A stretch of DNA of 63,984 nt, counting the filler, from Lenisia limosa (lineage: Eukaryota; Protista; Breviatea), in NCBI GenBank assembly GCA_001655205.1. It is 10 parts of 10 records of this genome, joined end to end, with 100 filler letters (N's around TTAATTAATTAA, not from the genome) between each part and the next. Parts side by side here need not be neighbours in the genome. Positions count along the whole stretch, not along the records: positions 1 to 14,067 come from LPNZ01009647.1; positions 14,168 to 17,995 come from LPNZ01006727.1; positions 18,096 to 27,923 come from LPNZ01009050.1; 7 more parts are not named here. One strand, 5' to 3'. The stretch's first letter is position 1; every line of letters begins with the position of its first letter. The notes under the pieces are model-generated. The model was given only the letters and a program-made list of their open reading frames with translations. It did not search any database and had not been told where the DNA came from. Positions 11,369 through 24,309 of the stretch are shown here, piece by piece. A program made the translations under genes and the position numbers.

Positions 11369-13953
11369 ATGGCAGGAACTGAGGTGAAAGGATGTTATTG
11401 TTTTTGTATTTGCATCAGAATTTCTCATGGTCAAGGATTTTTTTTCTTAAATATCTGACTTTTTGTATGACGTTCATTAACATATTTAGATCAATATTTC
11501 ATCCCTTATTGACCCTGAAGAGGGTGAAATTGTTGAAACTGGTTGGCCATCAAGTAACAATACGAACCTTTTTTTTTCCGTTGATGTTACTTTGCAATAA
11601 ATTGAATGTAGCTCTCTGTGTATTGAATTTGAAAAATTCTCACACTGTAGTTAGCCAAGCAGTTGACGAAATCAAGGAAAATGGTTGGTGCAAAACAGAA
11701 ATTTTTAGAATTTCAACTTCTCTACTGTATACTGTAAGTAATAAAACAGGTTGAAGTTATTCTGCTACCGTTTACATTTTTCGGTGCTCCGATATAAATA
11801 ACCATTTAGTCAAGCAAACCTTCAATCCACAGCGAAGGAACAGAAGGAGGACTAACTGTTTGGGGTGTAAAACTTCAACACTCTTTACAAAATACAGCTC
11901 TCATTTTTCCACACATCGAATCCAGTTTTGTCGCGTGTTCTTTTTTTGAATGTTTATGTGTTTTCTCCTTTCATTTTTGCTTACTATCATCCATAGATGA
12001 GGATCTCAATGTTGACGATTTACTGGACCTACCGGAATTCCGTGAACGTTGTTTCAAAAAAGAAGACCTCGTTACATGTGATAATGATATTGGACTCGCC
12101 ATTGCTTTAAAGGTGAGAAACTGAAGTTATTACCTGGAACAATAGAGAACCCTTGATAAGTGTTAAAAATTGTTTTTTTAAAAAACAAAACAAGAATTTC
12201 ATTTTACAAGTTTCCTTAACACAGATAGGCGGCAACCACCGTCACTACCAAACCTGCAGCACATATTGTCACGGAGAGGTTTGTATTTCCGCCATCTTCC
12301 GATGATGAGTTGGTTATTGACGAGGAGGGTCTTGAAAACGCTGAAACTGATACCCCAAATACGGATCAGATTGAAAAGAATGAGGAAGGAGAACCAATAA
12401 TTATCTCATCGGACGAAAGCTCTTCGGATGACAGCAGTTCTGGCGAAAGTTCCGAAAGTAGTTCCGATTCTGATCAAGAAGATGATAGGTAGGATAATGG
12501 GAAACCAGATAATCACAGCAATATTCATTTACTGTAACTTGCATCGTTTACTTTCAAGCAATGAGGCTGCAGCAGTTGATGAAGACCCTGTTTTTGCTCC
12601 AAAGGTTTCTGGCAATCTCTTCCTCTCAAACACAAAGTTATCCTAGAAACTTATTAAATTTTCTTTGGTATTTATTCCAACAGAGTACTTCGTTTCTTTC
12701 ATGTTTTCAATTATTCTTGAATTAAATACAATTTTGGCAAGTGAAGTTGCTCCAAAAATGAAAATCATTTAATTACTCAGGATGACTCATGGATGGACAC
12801 AACTCTTCTCGATGCGGATGATGAGACCACTTTTGCCCCTCTCAAACCCTCCATCAAAAAGGATATCGACCAAGGTTGGGTTGGCACGGTTGTCTTCCCA
12901 ATACAAAGGAAAGCTGTAATTTTATTCTAATGATCTTTCAGCTATCCCGGTTGTGGAAGTAATCAATGAAAACACCTATGTTCGGAAATTTGGCACGTTG
13001 ACTGTGGTAGCTGATACTGTTGGAAGGGGGTACCAATGCTTCTATCATATTGTAGTACTGTCTACGTCCTCTTCTTATTCACTTGAAATAGCACGTGATC
13101 ATAACCTCGCTTGGCATCAGCTCACCGTATAATGAAGGAAGCCTAGTATGTCTTGAAGGAAAGCACATTCTTGGAAAGGTGGGAAATGAGTTTAGCTTAT
13201 ATCTAAAAGGTGGAGTCATTGGTATGACTTGTTAGTCATCGGGTCTTATTTGTTATTCGAAATCAGCCAAGAATGATTTTTGTTTAGGTTACTGAGGTTT
13301 TTGGACCAGTGGACAAACCTTTTTATACAGTCCCACTCGACCCCAAATTAATGACTAGTGGGTAGAATGTGATGGGGACTATTGTTTATGGATATGATAT
13401 ATACACCTCAATGAGGTCTTTGTTTGTTGTCATTGTTACTTTCCAGATGAAACCAAAGCGCTCATCACCCCCGGTGCTAAGGCTTTCATAGTGGGTAGAT
13501 GAGGGTTGGATTGTGGTGGTTCTCTCCTCATCCACAAAATAGCTGTTCTTCGTAATAAAGGTGTTATTTGCCCACAATGTGATGTTAAGTTTTCTTGATA
13601 AACAACAGTCTCTTTGCATTAGATTGATTCTTGTAGGTTCCCGACCACGCAAACGTCATCAACACGGCTGATCTATTCACGAAGGGCTCTGACGCGTCAT
13701 CATTCAGCGACAAAGAACCCGAGGAATGGGTGGGANNNNNNNNNNNNNNNNNNNNNNNNNNNNNNNNNNNNNNNNNNNNNNNNNNNNNNNNNNNNNNNNN
13801 NNNNNNNNNNNNNNNNNNNNNNNNNNNNAGGAAATTCAGTATTCTGGAGACGAAGAAGAAATTCAGGCAAGGAGAAAGAACAGGTTTGGTTATAATCAGT
13901 TTGTAAACTCTTTATATTAAGTCTGCATTGTTCCTTACAGATTGCCTAACTAA
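11369..13953 (+). CDS. NAF1: H/ACA RNP assembly factor NAF1
   Basis: Acidic Ser-rich N-terminus, Gar1/Naf1 core EGSLVCLEGKHILGKVTEVFGPVDKPFYTV, then KGSDASSFSDKE and EIQYSGDEEE. Start and stop approximate. Confidence 0.85.
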
Positions 13954-14111
13954 TGTAGGAATGCGAAAAACAAGAAGGTTGGAATGCTTGGAAAAGAAGG
14001 CTTCTTCTGTCATGAGCTATTTTAAAGTGAAATTTCAGCGTGTTGTAGTTGTATTAAATATGAAACANNNNNNNNNNNNNNNNNNNNNNNNNNNNNNNNN
14101 NNNNNNNNNNN

Positions 14112-14123
14112 TTAATTAATTAA
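14112..14123. other. Artificial scaffold linker
   Basis: TTAATTAATTAA flanked by 44 N each side (100 nt total); stops in all six frames. Confidence 0.97.
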
Positions 14124-14167
14124 NNNNNNNNNNNNNNNNNNNNNNNNNNNNNNNNNNNNNNNNNNNN

Positions 14168-17100
14168 TCAGACTCTTCTGGACGGTTGTCATTCAGACCT
14201 CGCCGAGGCTTGACGGTCTGCCCGAATTGGCAGGTGCCATCAGGAGAGCCCAGGAAAAGGCCAATACGCTGCACCAGGTTTGTTCAGCATCCCCCCAATG
14301 GGGTTCTTCTCAGTTTTACTTTCCAGGATTTGGTTTTAATGTACCCCGAAAGTTCTGTTGCTCTGAGAAAGGTTAGTTTAATATTCGCTTTTATCCCAAG
14401 AAATGCGAATTCCTTTTCGAAATATCTGTTCTCATTCACTGATCAACGCTCAGTATTCCATATTCCTTCGGGATGTCTTATCAGATGAGGCGGCCTCTCA
14501 GCACTTCCTGATGCGAGCTGCTGATTTGGATGCAAAACGAAACGTGGGGGGGGGGGTATCTTTTTGGTGGTAACATCTAGGGCTTCACTTCGGTTCGAAA
14601 AAGACCAGTACAATATCGATAGTTTTCGAGGATTTATCGAAAATTCAGTCTTTTTTCGAACTAAAGTGAAGGCTTAGTAGCATCCAATAGTGCCATATGA
14701 TACCATGGAGCAATAACGGTCCTAGGCAAGTGTAGTTGATTTGCCGCTTGAGACTTTGAGCTCAGCGTCGAGTCTGATTGGCGAGACCAGGGCCTTGTGC
14801 AAGCAAATGATGAACGACTACAATACCAGGTCGGTAGGGGAGCTGATGATTGGGAACTGTCTTCTTCAGGTGCATTATTGTAATCCAGTCGGTTTTCAAC
14901 GCCCAACATTGCAACTTCGTCTGCTGAAGCGTTTCCTGACTTGGTGGGTCCTTCATCTTCATTGTCCCTTGCATTATACATAGCTATACTATATAGTATA
15001 TATAGTATATTATATATTTCCCCTCTTCTCTTCATTTTGCATTGTATTTCTTCATTTTCGGTTGTGTTTTTCCCCAACCTATTTCTCAAATGTTACAATT
15101 TTTAAACCCCTCTGTCACCGCCAATACAACGCAGGACACTGAGCATGATGAAATCCATGTAGCGGAAGCTCCTGTTGAGTCTTTTACACCTCGAGAGGCC
15201 AACAAAAAGGTCTGTATCTCTGTAAAAACAAAGACGGTTTGTGTTGGTTGATATGGACAGAGAAAGCGAATGGAGAAGTAACAGTTGTATTGTTGTTGAG
15301 GTCGGCCACGTTATGTACAATATGCCAGGGATCCCTATAACTGTGGAGAGTCATTTTTACCCCGTTCAGGAGTCACGAAACCGAAGTACCTCATTCGCAT
15401 CGGGGACGACGTTACTCAATGAAGCGCCCTCAGTCAACAGCGTGTCATCAAAGTGCATGAGGAGCAGCAGCGAAAGCTCTTATAATCCGTCAACAGCATC
15501 GTCACAGTAGGCAGGTTCTTTGGCAGTAAGTCAAGAAAACCACTTAAATACTCATTTTCCTGTCTCTAATAGTCCTGAAGGCTTGATAGAACAGGAGTGT
15601 AACGATTCCCTTGGTACACGTCAATTCCCATCCGCCTCTCCACTTCGCTAACATTCGTAGTCGGCGTTCGCTGTTCTCTTCAGTGCTGTCGGCTGATGGT
15701 GGCGGCTCAAGTGTGGAGGATGTTGACTCATTTGTGCAGAAGGAAACGCTCAATGACGGCCGGTACCAGAGTGTTGTCAAGTTGAGAAACAGCTTGCTTG
15801 TATGTGGAGTTGGTGACTCCAGTTTTAAGAAATCTACCCCCACTTTGATTTCAAATTTCAATTAAATATTGGATTATGATCTGTCTTCACGCCATAGGTT
15901 GTCATTGCCATTGCAATCATTTCAATTACGATATTTGCTGCCCTGGTATCTACTCTTCTGCCCATCGTTCACATTTCATCTGGCTCAATTATCAAAATCC
16001 ATGAGTGAGTGGTTAGACTCGATTGCATATCCTATTTTAGCCCCAAAAATATTTTACCAGTATTCTTTGGGCTGAAGTGAAGCTGGTTGACTTCACAGAT
16101 CGCAACAAGCAGTCACACAAATGGCCAAAGCGCTACTCAATACCTCCAACATGGTTTGTCTAAAGAATAGCAAAATTTCTCGTTCGAATTTTCCCAGTAT
16201 TTCGGACGGAATTCTTGCACAGTGTTTGGTTGACAACATGATTCCTCTTCAGAGGTCTGTTCACCAAAGCCTTGATGAAACACGATTTACATTTTTTCTT
16301 GATCAACGAACCCGTAGAACTGCCTTGTTTATTTCGTTAACTTTCCTCTTCAGGACGGCTGTTCACCTCTGAGTACATCCTTCAGTGGCTTCGGCTTTTC
16401 TTCATGTTAGGGGGGGGGGGGNNNNNNNNNNNNNNNNNNNNNNNNNNNNNNNNNNNNNNNNNNNNNNNNNNNNNNNNNNNNNNNNNNNNNNNNNNNNNNN
16501 NNNNNNNNNNNNNNNNNNNAAGTTTTGCTTCACTCATTCCTCTCAGCCGAATGCCAGTCATTGTGGCACCGAGCAGAAGAGTCAGCAAACAAACTTGGGG
16601 AGGCTCTTCGATCGCTCCATGGTGACCCCGTCATCCATGCAACTTTGAACTATCGGGAAGGTCGGAGCTTACCATTTTTTGATTGGTGACCATTACACCT
16701 GGTCAACATCTACAGCATAGGACTCCTTAACCCTCCTAGGTGTTGGCATGGCTGGTCTTGGCCCGTTGCCCGCCGCTCTGAAGATCGCTGTCAGCTCGTC
16801 GTCCTTCTGTATGAGATCTGGGGCTGTCTTGAAGCCTTTCTTTTTCCTAAAATATTTCATGCAATGTCATGCTATTCAAAGATTCATCGAGATTAATTCA
16901 GAATACATCAATGCAAGACAAAATAGAACGTCAATATAGATAGCCTCCTTATCTTCACTCGACAGTTGACAACACGGCGGCGCAGAAGATTTTACATGCG
17001 GCTGCGGAAGCTTCTTCTGTTGCAAGGACAATCAGACTGGCCATCAGTGGCTCTGAATGTGGGTGAACTGCATGGGATTCCGAACAGAAATACATATCAT

Positions 17101-17863
17101 ACTATATGATGTGGATATTGGTTCATTCTTTTTATCGATTAGCTTGAGCTGAAGTCCTAAATTTGACATTAAGCCCCGCTTTTGTAGAAAGCTACATATA
17201 TTTCGATACCCCCTCAAAATTGTTCCAACACTTCAGTGAGCGAGCATCAACTGGAAAACAGCATCGCGGCTGGACTACGACTGGTTGACATGAAGCTCGA
17301 CACCCATCTCAGCTCTGTGGGCTTGGTGGTTGCTTCAGTTTGAGAAACAAGTCAAATATCGATGTTTTTTCGAGAATTTCTTATGTCAAGTAAAAAAGTC
17401 CCAGTCCACATCAATCTCAGTGATTCTATTATGTAGCAAACACCTGTAATTCCTACTCGCCCATCAAGACTATTTATTTCCCCCTGTTGAATTGTATTTC
17501 TGTCCAATACTCTTATCGACCACATCATTTATTCAATTAGCTTATCGACCACATTGTTGGCTTTACTGACGAGGTCTTTGACTCTCAAACCTACATCCGA
17601 GGAGTGGGGGGGTTAAGTTTTACCATTCAATTACACCAAGGAAGTTTGTGAACAAAGGCTATAAAGCCAAGAAGTAGTAAACCCATTGTAATCATTCAAT
17701 TTACAGCCCTTTCTTTGATCACCAACTCATGAGATCTGTAATTGTCCCGCTTACCCATCTCATTTTGTAGGCTGTTGTGCTGGCATCTTGTGTACTGGGT
17801 TTTGCTACCTCCGTTGCGGTCATTTTTCCTGGTGTCAGCAAGGTGCTGTTCGATCGAAGCGAA
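14168..17863 (+). CDS. Large multi-pass membrane protein fragment, TmcB-like (partial at both ends)
   Basis: Exons DLVLMYPESSVALRK-YSIFLRDVLSDEAASQHFLMRAAD (resembles the helical region of TmcB-like protist proteins), Ser-rich linker, hydrophobic helices VVIAIAIISITIFAALVSTLL and AVVLASCVLGFATSVAVIFP. Confidence 0.55.
14580..14674. mobile_element. MITE family 1, subfamily A
   Basis: TA|GGGCTTCACTTCGGTTCGAAAAAGAC...GTCTTTTTTCGAACTAAAGTGAAGGCT|TA; intronic. Confidence 0.9.
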
Positions 17864-18039
17864 GTGGGTTCGGGGGGGGGTGTTTACCAATCATCACTTC
17901 AACATTATAATAACTTCCACTCTCAGTGTGTTTTATTCTTGTTTCTGCTCAGGTAACATATTTGGTTTTTTTTTTAATTTTTTTTTTTTTTTTTTNNNNN
18001 NNNNNNNNNNNNNNNNNNNNNNNNNNNNNNNNNNNNNNN

Positions 18040-18051
18040 TTAATTAATTAA
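18040..18051. other. Artificial scaffold linker
   Basis: TTAATTAATTAA within N run. Confidence 0.97.
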
Positions 18052-18095
18052 NNNNNNNNNNNNNNNNNNNNNNNNNNNNNNNNNNNNNNNNNNNN

Positions 18096-21000
18096 GCACC
18101 CGATACACGCGTACCCACGGCTGGGGGGAGGGGGGGGGGGTAACAACCTTATCGCGGCTTTTTTTATATCATGTCTTGTATTCTTCCTTCTCTTCTACTC
18201 TATCGTTATTTGTTTTGTATATACACACCGGAATAAGACTCAGGACCTTGGCAGTTAAGTCGATCAGTGCCTAAACCGTGAGAGAGCAAAAGACGTCTTA
18301 TTAAGGGCAACGTATTAAAAGCAACAAATGTGTTGGATTTAATCCATAAGTCCGTGTCCTTTTCTAATGGTCGAAATAGTACTTCAGTTAAACAGTTCCG
18401 TTGTGTTGTATTATATGATTATGGATGTATGATACACGATCACTCCCGCCTGAATAAACCCAATATACCTGGGAAGTAGAATTGGATATTTTTTATGAAA
18501 CTAAAAGAGCCCAAAATCAACTCAGCTAGCAACACACGAGGTTTGAGAACAAAATACAAACAAAGACCAGGCCAGTTGCTTGCAGCACCATATCCCATCA
18601 CTCCAGCTTACCTGGGGGTGATAGTTGACAAACTCGCCGCGCTTCCACAGATCGTAGAGAGCTGCATTGTCAGCATGTGTGTTTTGTGTTCAAAATCCGA
18701 CTATAAATAACCCACGGACTTGATTCTTAATACCAGTAAGAGTCTTACGATCTTTCACTCAAACAACAACAAAAAAAATACCCAATGAAATGTGATTGGC
18801 TCTAAATATTAGGAGGATCACTGTGGTCTTCCACTCCCAAAAAAAGTTGGTGGGGGTGACAAACGGAGCAATAGTGTAATAATTGTGGGTTATTTATAAG
18901 ACGAGTATGGAAAAATCACGTCCGGTCACGCATACCCTCTAATAAACACCTCTCACACATAATACTACCACGCATCTCTCATCTCGACAGAGTATCATAT
19001 AATACAATACTAGTCATATAGTAATATATGATATTACCCCCCACTTCCCAACCCCCACCCCCCAATACCGGTTCCTCGAAGGACCAGGGTAGGGTATAAC
19101 TTGAGCCCATCAGGACGGAACAGAGGATTCTCAAAGAACTCATGGAACTGCACAATGTCCCGCTCCATGTCCACATTAGGCAGGTTCTAAATATGGTAAC
19201 TTCGGCGTTGCATCGGCAAGTATATCGCTGAATCCTCGATCTATATTTCGATATTTGTCGGTGTCATTTTAGGGAAGGAGGGAAGCCCTAATTCTCAGAT
19301 CATAACTTTCCACGTAATAATAAAGGGGACATTTCATAAAAAAGTACAAATGTATCATATTGATATACGATATACTACGTCTATTTGATTTATAAAGAGA
19401 TTAGGTCTTATCTTGGACCAAAGTGAAGTGAGTTCCAAAAAGTGTTATCCATCCCTCCTTTGACAGCCGCCTACAGGCATCATGTGAGCGACAACCTACA
19501 ATGATTAAAGAAAACAAAAAAGATGGTCAACGCAAAAGTTATTTGAAGCGAATCCCTAACTATATACTAAGAGTATATTTGGCATAAAAGAGGAGCCTAA
19601 AAAGGGAGCCCACCTTTAGTCCAGCGTCTTTGGACAGATGGAAGGCCTCACACACTGACCGCACCGTGTGGCCCCTGTTCGTATCCAAAGCCACATCCTC
19701 GTACCTGAGGGGCGGGGGTTATTGGTGGGTGGGAAGGGTGAAACAACAATAACAACAAAAAAAAAACTCTGTGGTTTAATCTGACAAACAAATGGAGTCC
19801 AGATACCCTGCCTATGCACCAACTGGGTGTTTTTCTTTGTGTACAGTCAACCACCGGATCTCTATGACTCTAGTTTCAAACATTACTGCAAAAAAAAAAC
19901 CGCATACACAGACTGCACGCCAATTTCGAGTCTCGTGCATCCATAGGAGAGTAGAGACGAGAGGTGGGGCTAGGGTCGTGATTGAAGACGGTTAACCATG
20001 CGTTTAAAAGGCAGAAGGGGGGGGGGGGATGNNNNNNNNNNNNNNNNNNNNNNNNNNNNNNNNNNNNNNNNNNNNNNNNNNNNNNNNNNNNNNNNNNNNN
20101 NNNNNNNNNNNNNNNNNNNNNNNNNNNNNNNNNNNNNNNNNNNNNNNNNNNNNNNNNNNNNNNNNNNNNNNNNNNNNNNNNNNNNNNNNNNNNNNNNNNN
20201 NNNNNNNNNNNNNNNNNNNNNNNNNNNNNNNNNNNNNNNNNNNNNNNNNNNNNNNNNNNNNNNNNNNNNNNNNNNNNNNNNNNNNNNNNCTTTGAACAGA
20301 ATCGGTTCCATAGCTAAGACGTTAGGATGGGCTGTGGAAAAAATGGGTAATATGGCCGAAGCATGGCCTAAGCAGTTCAAATAATCAAGTTGTTGACGGA
20401 TATTGGGGAAAAGAAACTGGCCGAAGGGCACACACATAGAAAGCCGTGTGTACAGTCTGTAGGTAAACGATTGGGTGAATGAAACTATACTTTCTCTTAT
20501 CCGCATCCTCATTTGCTCATTTGCACATATTCCGCCCACGTCGTGGCCTCGTGTGTAGTGGCTGAATTGTGGCCTGAAAGTGCGTCGTACAGATTGCGGA
20601 CAAATTCGTCCCGATACTCAGCAGGGAGACACATGAACGTTCCGCCCATGATAATGAACTCAACCTGGGGGGGGGGGGGGNNNNNNNNNNNNNNNNNNNN
20701 NNNNNNNNNNNNNNNNNNNNNNNNNNNNNNNNNNNNNNNNNNNNNNNNNNNNNNNNNNNNNNNNNNNNNNNNNNNNNNNNNNNNNNNNNNNNNNNNNNNN
20801 NNNNAAAGAAGCCCAAAATCAACTCTGTTAGTGAAAAAATGACATTTATTAGTGCGAAGGGGGGGGGGGAGGTCTGTTGTATTTAGGGACTTCTTTGTTT
20901 CCAAATATCCCTTTCATGAATCGAGTGTTATGGGGTGAAGGTGATTGATTATGAAGAACCTGATACCAGCAGTAATTTTGGAAGACGCTTCATACCCTAC

Positions 21001-22731
21001 TCACTTTGTCACAACTGTGCCCAAGCTTCTTCAGCTGTTCCACTCGAGCGCGAACCTATGCAAGATCAGTAACCCTCTACATGTTATGATATGATCTGGT
21101 AACTAGGGGAAAGTAGAAAACTATTTCCAAAGGCTTCCCTCTGTTCCGAGAGGACGAAGTCAAGCCCTTGCGTGTGATTCAGCAAACCTGTAAATAGGGA
21201 TCGTAGCGGGCTCTGATTGCCCTCATTGAAGTTGGCTCATACCCTCTGTGTGGTTAAAATGTCTTAAATACCATAGTTAAACTCTCCTATATACCCGCTG
21301 GATAGTTAGAGTATACTGGGAGGCTGTTGAAAGCAAAACGTGTGAACTACTTCTGGAACCTCTTTTTTTCTCTCATTTCAACTTATCGCGGTATTTAGCG
21401 TGCCTCAATGTGTGAGTTTTGATTTCTCCAAAGATTAAGGACTCATAGATCTATTATACAATAATATATTCATATCATATATCACATATCATATGTAATA
21501 CTAATGAATGACAATATAAATATGTTTTTTAAAAAACATCAGTTTCTTCTTCATAACAATAAGACTATGAATAACTATACTTCCATAACCCACGTGTAAG
21601 ACTGGGTGGAGTAAGAGAAGTCGGAATCGGGGCCTCCGGGGCAATATTGGCACACAGCTGGGCGATTAGTTAGCTTCAAGGTTTTGCTGTTTAACTCTCC
21701 CGTGCTTCTTGTTAGTTTACAGATACTACCGACAAGTGCCCCCTGCTTACCTCCCGTCATCGCAATATGAGGGCAGCGATGGGGCTTGCACATTACTGCG
21801 ACAACAGCCACTCCTGAAAAGTAATCATGGTTTATCCATAAAGTCTNNNNNNNNNNNNNNNNNNNNNNNNNNNNNNNNNNNNNNNNNNNNNNNNNNNNNN
21901 NNNNNNNNNNNNNNNNNNNNNNNNNNNNNNNNNNNNNNNNNNNNNNNNATTTCTCGATAAATCCTCGAAAACTATCGTTATTTCAGTGTTCTTTTTCGAA
22001 CCGAAGTGAAACTCAGTATATCCCTCCCCCCACCGGACGCGGTACGCACGGGCTTGGCTCGGAGTTGCGGGATCAAAGCAGCCTTGTACTACCATGGTTA
22101 ATAAAAGTGAGGTATTATTACCAAAATGTGAAAAGGCCATTGTAAAAGCAGGCTATAAAAGCAAAATCTGATCGAGCGATACCTGTGTGCTTTATCATTT
22201 CAATATTCTTCAAATTACTTCTTCCACCCAATCCTTCACAAATCCCCTTTTTTTAATCTTTGTGTCCGTGTGTGGGTTTGTGTCTGTGTGGGTTTGTGTG
22301 TGTGTCATCAGGTTTTTGTTTTTGTCTGTTTTAACGCCCCCCCCCCCACTTCGGCGGNNNNNNNNNNNNNNNNNNNNNNNNNNNNNNNNNNNNNNNNNNN
22401 NNNNNNNNNNNNNNNNNNNNNNNNNNNNNNNNNNNNNNNNNNNNNNNNNNNNNNNNNNNNNNNNNNNNNNNNNNNNNNNNNNNNNNNNNNNNNNNNNNNN
22501 NNNNNNNNNNNNNNNNNNNNNNNNNNNNNNNNNNNNNNNNNNNNNNNNNNNNNNNNNNNNNNNNNNNNNNNNNNNNNNNNNNNNNNNNNNNNNNNNNNNN
22601 NNNNNNGCTGCATCCCCCTAAAAACAACTCTTTTTTGGGATTCAGCCAAGGCGCATATACTCTCCGTAGTCTTGAGTGATGTAATCTGACTCCCTTCAAA
22701 AAACTGGTCAAGACTTACCTCGGCTGACCAT
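18096..22731 (-). CDS. ELP3: Elongator complex protein 3 (radical SAM / acetyltransferase), 3' partial
   Basis: Exons [128 protein letters not shown]. Start codon uncertain. Confidence 0.95.
18469..18601 (-). repeat. Intron-resident repeat family 3 (full copy, sense to ELP3)
   Basis: Minus strand GTGATGGGATATGGTGCTGCAAGCAACTGGCCTGG...GAGTTGATTTTGGGCTC...TTTCATAAA...CTTCCCAG, starting 10 nt after the donor. Confidence 0.85.
19705..19790 (-). repeat. Family 3 degenerate 3' part at an ELP3 acceptor
   Basis: Minus strand ACAGAGTTTTTTT...TGTTTCACCC...CCCTCAG. Confidence 0.5.
20665..20832 (-). repeat. Family 3 copy at an ELP3 acceptor, interrupted by N gap
   Basis: Minus strand AACAGAGTTGATTTTGGGCTTCTTT [gap] poly-C CAG|GTTGAG. 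Confidence 0.75.
21949..22014. mobile_element. MITE family 1A (one end in gap)
   Basis: TTTCTCGATAAATCCTCGAAAACTATCG...CTTTTTCGAACCGAAGTGAA; in an ELP3 intron. Confidence 0.85.
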
Positions 22732-23015
22732 TTTGCAAAGACAAATGCAGATTGTGAAAATTTTGGTAATAGTTAATGAAAGTTGCCCCTTATCCACGAG
22801 TGACATGATTATTTGTCTGACTTATAAGTCGAAATGATGACGATAACACATCCATCCCTACTGTACCAAAGTATCATTGAGACTTATCGGTCAATTATCA
22901 TACAAGTGGTTATGAGCTATCATATCACTGTAAAATGGTTCACATATACGAAAGTAAGTGATAAAATACGTGCAACCAACAACTCTGTGGGCATAGTTAA
23001 GCTTACATGCACATA

Positions 23016-23830
23016 TTAGCTCGTCTCCATATCATTAACATATTCACACAACCAATCAGCACAGCGTCTAATAGAAGGGAAAGAGTGTTCAGATGATATG
23101 CATGCAACAGGACCCAGGGCATACTTCCAAAAGAGTAATCGGCTTTCCTTCATCTTCACAAGCTGTAATATATTAGTAAAGACGTGTTGGGGTGAGAGGA
23201 GCGTACCCATAAGGTCTCTGACAATTTCTCTAAGTGCAAACACGGAGCGCTCGCCGACGCTCATGCCTTCAACTTCCTTACATGACCTAGAAGTGACTCC
23301 CATTTTGGTCAAGAGGGGAAGAGGGCGTTATTGCAAAAAATTATGAATAAAAGCAAAGTAATCAGAAAGTAATCATTGATAACTCAGTTGATTCATATTT
23401 TTGAGTCTCTCTTTCGCCAATCTCCACATCCTGACCTTGACAAACAGTTACATAGACATTTAAAACGAAGACGGGAACACGAGAACTGGAACAGAAGAGT
23501 TGTTTGCTAACGAATCTCAGTTGCAACCCTCCGCATCAGGTCTGCCAGCCGCCCGAAACAGTAACACAAAGGAGAAAAGAGGCTTTTGACAGGAGCTAGC
23601 CTTCCACCAGTGCTTAAATCCTTCGTGAATGGTGAACCCCATCCGGGAGTGATCCAAGATGCTCAGTAGTCTCCAGCAGGTCCTGCGAGCTTGTCAACAG
23701 CCGGGGCTTGCTTTTGCAACCCGATGCGCTGCAACGCGATTCACGCCTTTCCTGGCTTCTTTCCGACAGTTTCACGCTTCTCCTTCAAACTGTGGGCTGA
23801 TCCTTATCTTGTTTTGAACTTCATGCAATA
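23016..23830 (-). CDS. Unidentified small multi-exon gene
   Basis: Exon-like segments such as EVEGMSVGERSVFALREIVRDLM; structure not resolved. Confidence 0.3.
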
Positions 23831-24185
23831 AAATAATCGAGGGATTCACATTAATACATAGCGATATATTCCACATCATGTTGTCGTGTTTTGAATATTA
23901 AATTTGACTGATGTGTGCTTCATTTGTTTTTGACTTTGTATCCCTCTTTTCCCCATCAGTAAGATTCTCTTATGGTTGGTAATTTCTATCACCCGAAGTT
24001 GCTATTGTCATATTATGTTAGAGTAATTGCATTCTTTGATTGAAGCAATATTTGATTCAGTATAATTCAACATTTTGATTTCAGGGCTATTTTATTCAAC
24101 TTAATTATGAACTTTGGTTCTCTTGTTGCATAATTTCTTTGACTTTGTTCTAGCTACATTAAGTACATTACACTACGCAAACCTA

Positions 24186-24251
24186 GGGCTTCACATCGGT
24201 TCAAAAAGATCGATATTCTCCTGAGTTTTTTCGAACTGAAGTGAAGCATCC
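24186..24251. mobile_element. MITE family 1A, internally deleted
   Basis: TA|GGGCTTCACATCGGTTCAAAAAG...TTTTTCGAACTGAAGTGAAGC. Confidence 0.8.
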
Positions 24252-24309
24252 TTATCCCAAAACAGCATAAAAACAACCCGTGCCTAGTTTCAAGCTTCTA
24301 ACATTTCAG

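Noticed and set aside
14068-14167. TTAATTAATTAA recurring nine times as a possible biological motif
   Set aside because: Always centred in exactly 100 nt of N padding; a six-frame-stop concatenation linker.
14580-14674. MITE families 1, 2 and 4 as intron-generating introners
   Set aside because: Copies lie inside introns with unique sequence on at least one side; none defines both splice sites.
14661-15089. 142-aa minus-strand ORF
   Set aside because: Overlaps a MITE and lies antisense to a plus-strand gene whose exons have consistent splice sites.
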